NCBI GenBank assembly: GCA_001179505.1
Contig: CDMY01000473.1
Coordinates: 1-64,000 of the forward strand
Direction: 5' to 3'
Origin: Vitrella brassicaformis CCMP3155
Taxonomy: Eukaryota; Protista; Chromerida
DNA length: 64,000 nt
This document shows positions 61,585 to 64,000 of this stretch, one piece after another. Within the stretch, counting starts at the first letter, position 1; every line of letters starts with the position of its first letter. Under the pieces are notes generated by a model, which was not told the DNA's origin, did no database searches, and saw nothing but the letters and a program-made list of their open reading frames with translations. The position numbers were made by a program, and so were the translations under genes.

Positions 61585-63981
61585 CTATGCTGCCTGCATG
61601 AGCTTGCCCTTCTTGTCGAAGGCGTTCTTCTGGTACACCAGCACCAACGAGTCCCTCCCCCTCCCTCCGAGTCCCCCATCATTGCCCTCCTCACCCCCAC
61701 CCCCTCCCCCTCCCCCGCCTCTCTTCTTGCCAGCCTGCCACCACTCAGAGGGCAGCGGGTCAGCAAACCGCACCTTGAACTTGCCCGAAGTCCCGAACGC
61801 GCCCTCGATGACGCCCACGTGCTTGGACGGCTCGTGCGTCACCCGCAGGCCCACAAACTGGCTGATGTCGGTCTCCTTCTTGAACAGGTCCTTGCCGATG
61901 ACGCAGTAGCCGTCCTCTGTGACTCTGTCGACGTGGCCCGTCTTGACTTTGGGCTTCAGCACACGGAGGGAGGACATGGGGACATCGGTGTCGCTGATGG
62001 GCGTGAGAAGGCGGCCGAAGAATGCCAGGCGGCAAGAGGGCGAGTGGGCGTCCAGATCGAACTTGGAGCCCATCAGCAGACTGCCCAATGGACACTGCAC
62101 CCACCACACAACACGCAACACACACACAGGGCAGAACGGCATGTGTGTGGATCATCCACCGCCCCATCGACGGCCCACCTGCACGGGCTTCTCGAAGTGC
62201 AACAGGCAGAAGAACAGCTCAAACTCGGCTGCATCGACCACCGCCCCCCCATCTCCACCGCTCTCCCCCCCCACGCCCCCAGGCGGCCTCTCTGCGGGCA
62301 GTTCGTCAAGGTGGTCATACAAGAGCGACACGTCCAGTGTGTCGGGCCACGCCGCGGCTTTCTCCCGCACCAGCAGCCCCACACCAAGCGCAGAAGGGTT
62401 CGACACTGACGCGGGCGAGAGGCCATCATGGCAAGGGGAGGAGGAGGGAGAGGGGGGGTGGCCATTGGCGGCTGATGGTGTGTTTGCTGTTGGTGTGGTG
62501 GGTTTGTTCTTCCTTTTGAGTCCGAAGAAGTGGACGTTGGCCATGACGGTGGTGTGGCCGATGGTGCAGTGGAACTTGGCCTTGCTGCGCACCTGACACA
62601 TGAACACACAACAGAGACGCATTCATCACATCAAGCTGTATATGTGTGAGCGAGTGGCGCGTGCCGTACCTGTCCTTTGAAGTATTTGATTCGCTGCACG
62701 ACGGCCACACACGAGGTCAGGGTGGGCAGGGGCGCGCCCACAGACGTCACCATCCCACGCTCCTGACACACGAAGACACACACGGCCATATACACAACAT
62801 CGACTCCACAGCGCGCCGAACAATCGACATATATCCGGCGACTGACCAGCTTCTCGCCTCCGATGGCCGGGACGCAGATGGACACACGGTCGCCGTGCGA
62901 CGCACAAGGGAGGTCCTGCTTGAAACTCTATACACACGCACACACATCACCACGATCACCCACCCCACCCCACCCATGAAGTATACTCCTCCTTGCCACA
63001 TCTTGTCACACCTGAATGGTCCTGACGCGTGTCTGCACTGCGTGTGGGTAAATGACGATATTCTGGCCGACCTCCAGCCGCCCCGACAGCAGTGTCCCCG
63101 TCAGCACGGTGCCCTTGCCCTTCAGAGGGAAGGAGTGGTCGTACACCATGTGCATCGGAGCCGATGACGAGGCGGCATCGCTCGCACTCGGCCGCCTAGG
63201 GGGGTGTCGCCTGACGGTGTCGACCATGGTGTTGATCAGCGATGCGATGCCGATGGGCTCGGCGAGTCGAGTGACGTCCTGCTCCGCACCTGACATCCAT
63301 CCATCCATCCACACACATGGCGGGCAGACAGACACACGTGTGTCTGATTGAGAGTGTGAGAGAGAGTGTCTACCTGGGTTGGCAGATACGGGGAGTATGG
63401 GGACATCGCTGCCGAACAGAGTGCGGCCGAACACCTGCTTTCGAAGCCCTGTCGTCAGCTTCTCCAGCTGGCATACACACACACACACACATCGAGAGAT
63501 GGCAGCCCGGCCCTGGTGTGTGCCCACCTGGCTGTCATACCTTCTTATGCCTCTGCTCCTCTGGAATGAGGTCGACTTTGTTGAGCACGACCACCACGTG
63601 CTGCGCCAAGATCTCGGCAATTACCAGGCACTCCTGCGTCTGTGTCTGCACCCCCTTGGTCGCGTCAATCACCAGCAGCACCAAGTCGATGATGTGCGCC
63701 CCCCCAATAATGGTCTTGATCAGCGAGGCGTGCCCCGGACAGTCCACCAAGCAGAACTGCAGCTCCCTCTCCCTCTCGTCAGCAGCCTCATCGGCACCCA
63801 CAGTGGTCTTGACAAAGAAGGCAGAGAAGCCGAGGTCGATGGTGATGCCTCGTTCCTGCGACTGGGGGTGTTTGTCGAGGGCTGCCGTGGACGTCACGCG
63901 GCTGAGCGCCCGCACGAGGCTGGTCTTGCCGCTGTCGACGTGACCCAGCACACCCACGTTGACATTCAGCCGACGAGCCAT
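61585..63981 (-). CDS. EEFSEC: Selenocysteine-specific translation elongation factor (eEFSec/SelB)
   Basis: NVNVGVLGHVDSGKTSL, DKHPQSQERGITIDLGFS, LVDCPGHASLIKTIIGGAHIIDL, VLNKVDL, DHSFPLKGKGTVLTGT, KFHCTIGHTTV and GVIEGAFGTSGKFKV; stop at 61585. Confidence 0.95.
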
Positions 63982-64000
63982 CGGGACGGAACCGTGCAGA

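Noticed and set aside
1-64000. Transposons, rRNA, tRNA, telomeric repeats
   Set aside because: No RT, integrase or transposase motifs, no LTR/TIR+TSD structures, no cloverleaf or rRNA-like segments recognised by eye; a tRNAscan-SE/Infernal run would be needed to exclude small RNAs.

Overview
Eukaryotic, intron-rich, GC-rich genomic DNA with short GT-AG introns full of CA/GT, GACA and CT microsatellites. Gene content and intron style suggest a chromerid alveolate such as Vitrella (inference, not verified). I assembled spliced gene models by hand from splice signals and reading-frame phase. In order: (1) a giant (>22 kb, runs off the left edge) minus-strand secreted protein with about 20 copies of an unrecognised ~85-aa beta-rich repeat, lectin-like, LamG-like and sushi domains and helical bundles; (2) a PPR protein with a probable bipartite plastid presequence; (3) a J-domain + MECR-like reductase + thioesterase-like triple fusion whose hydrolase nucleophile Ser is Gly; (4) an Apple/EGF/TSP3-like type I membrane adhesin; (5) an intronless membrane protein; (6) a hypothetical with a possible frameshift; (7) a small secreted Lys/Pro/Gly-rich protein; (8) a spliced segment with an in-frame TGA; (9) a DWDDT HAD phosphatase; (10) a small hypothetical; (11) a helicase-less Dicer-like gene with an extra C-terminal SET-like domain; (12) two duplicated long hairpins just downstream of Dicer; (13) eEFSec. 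The best candidates for novelty are the Dicer/SET-like fusion with its neighbouring twin hairpins, the J-MDR-hydrolase fusion and the giant repeat protein. No rRNA, tRNA, CRISPR array or recognisable transposon was found. Five N runs of exactly 300 nt are scaffold placeholders. All domain calls are by-eye motif matches; no database search was run.
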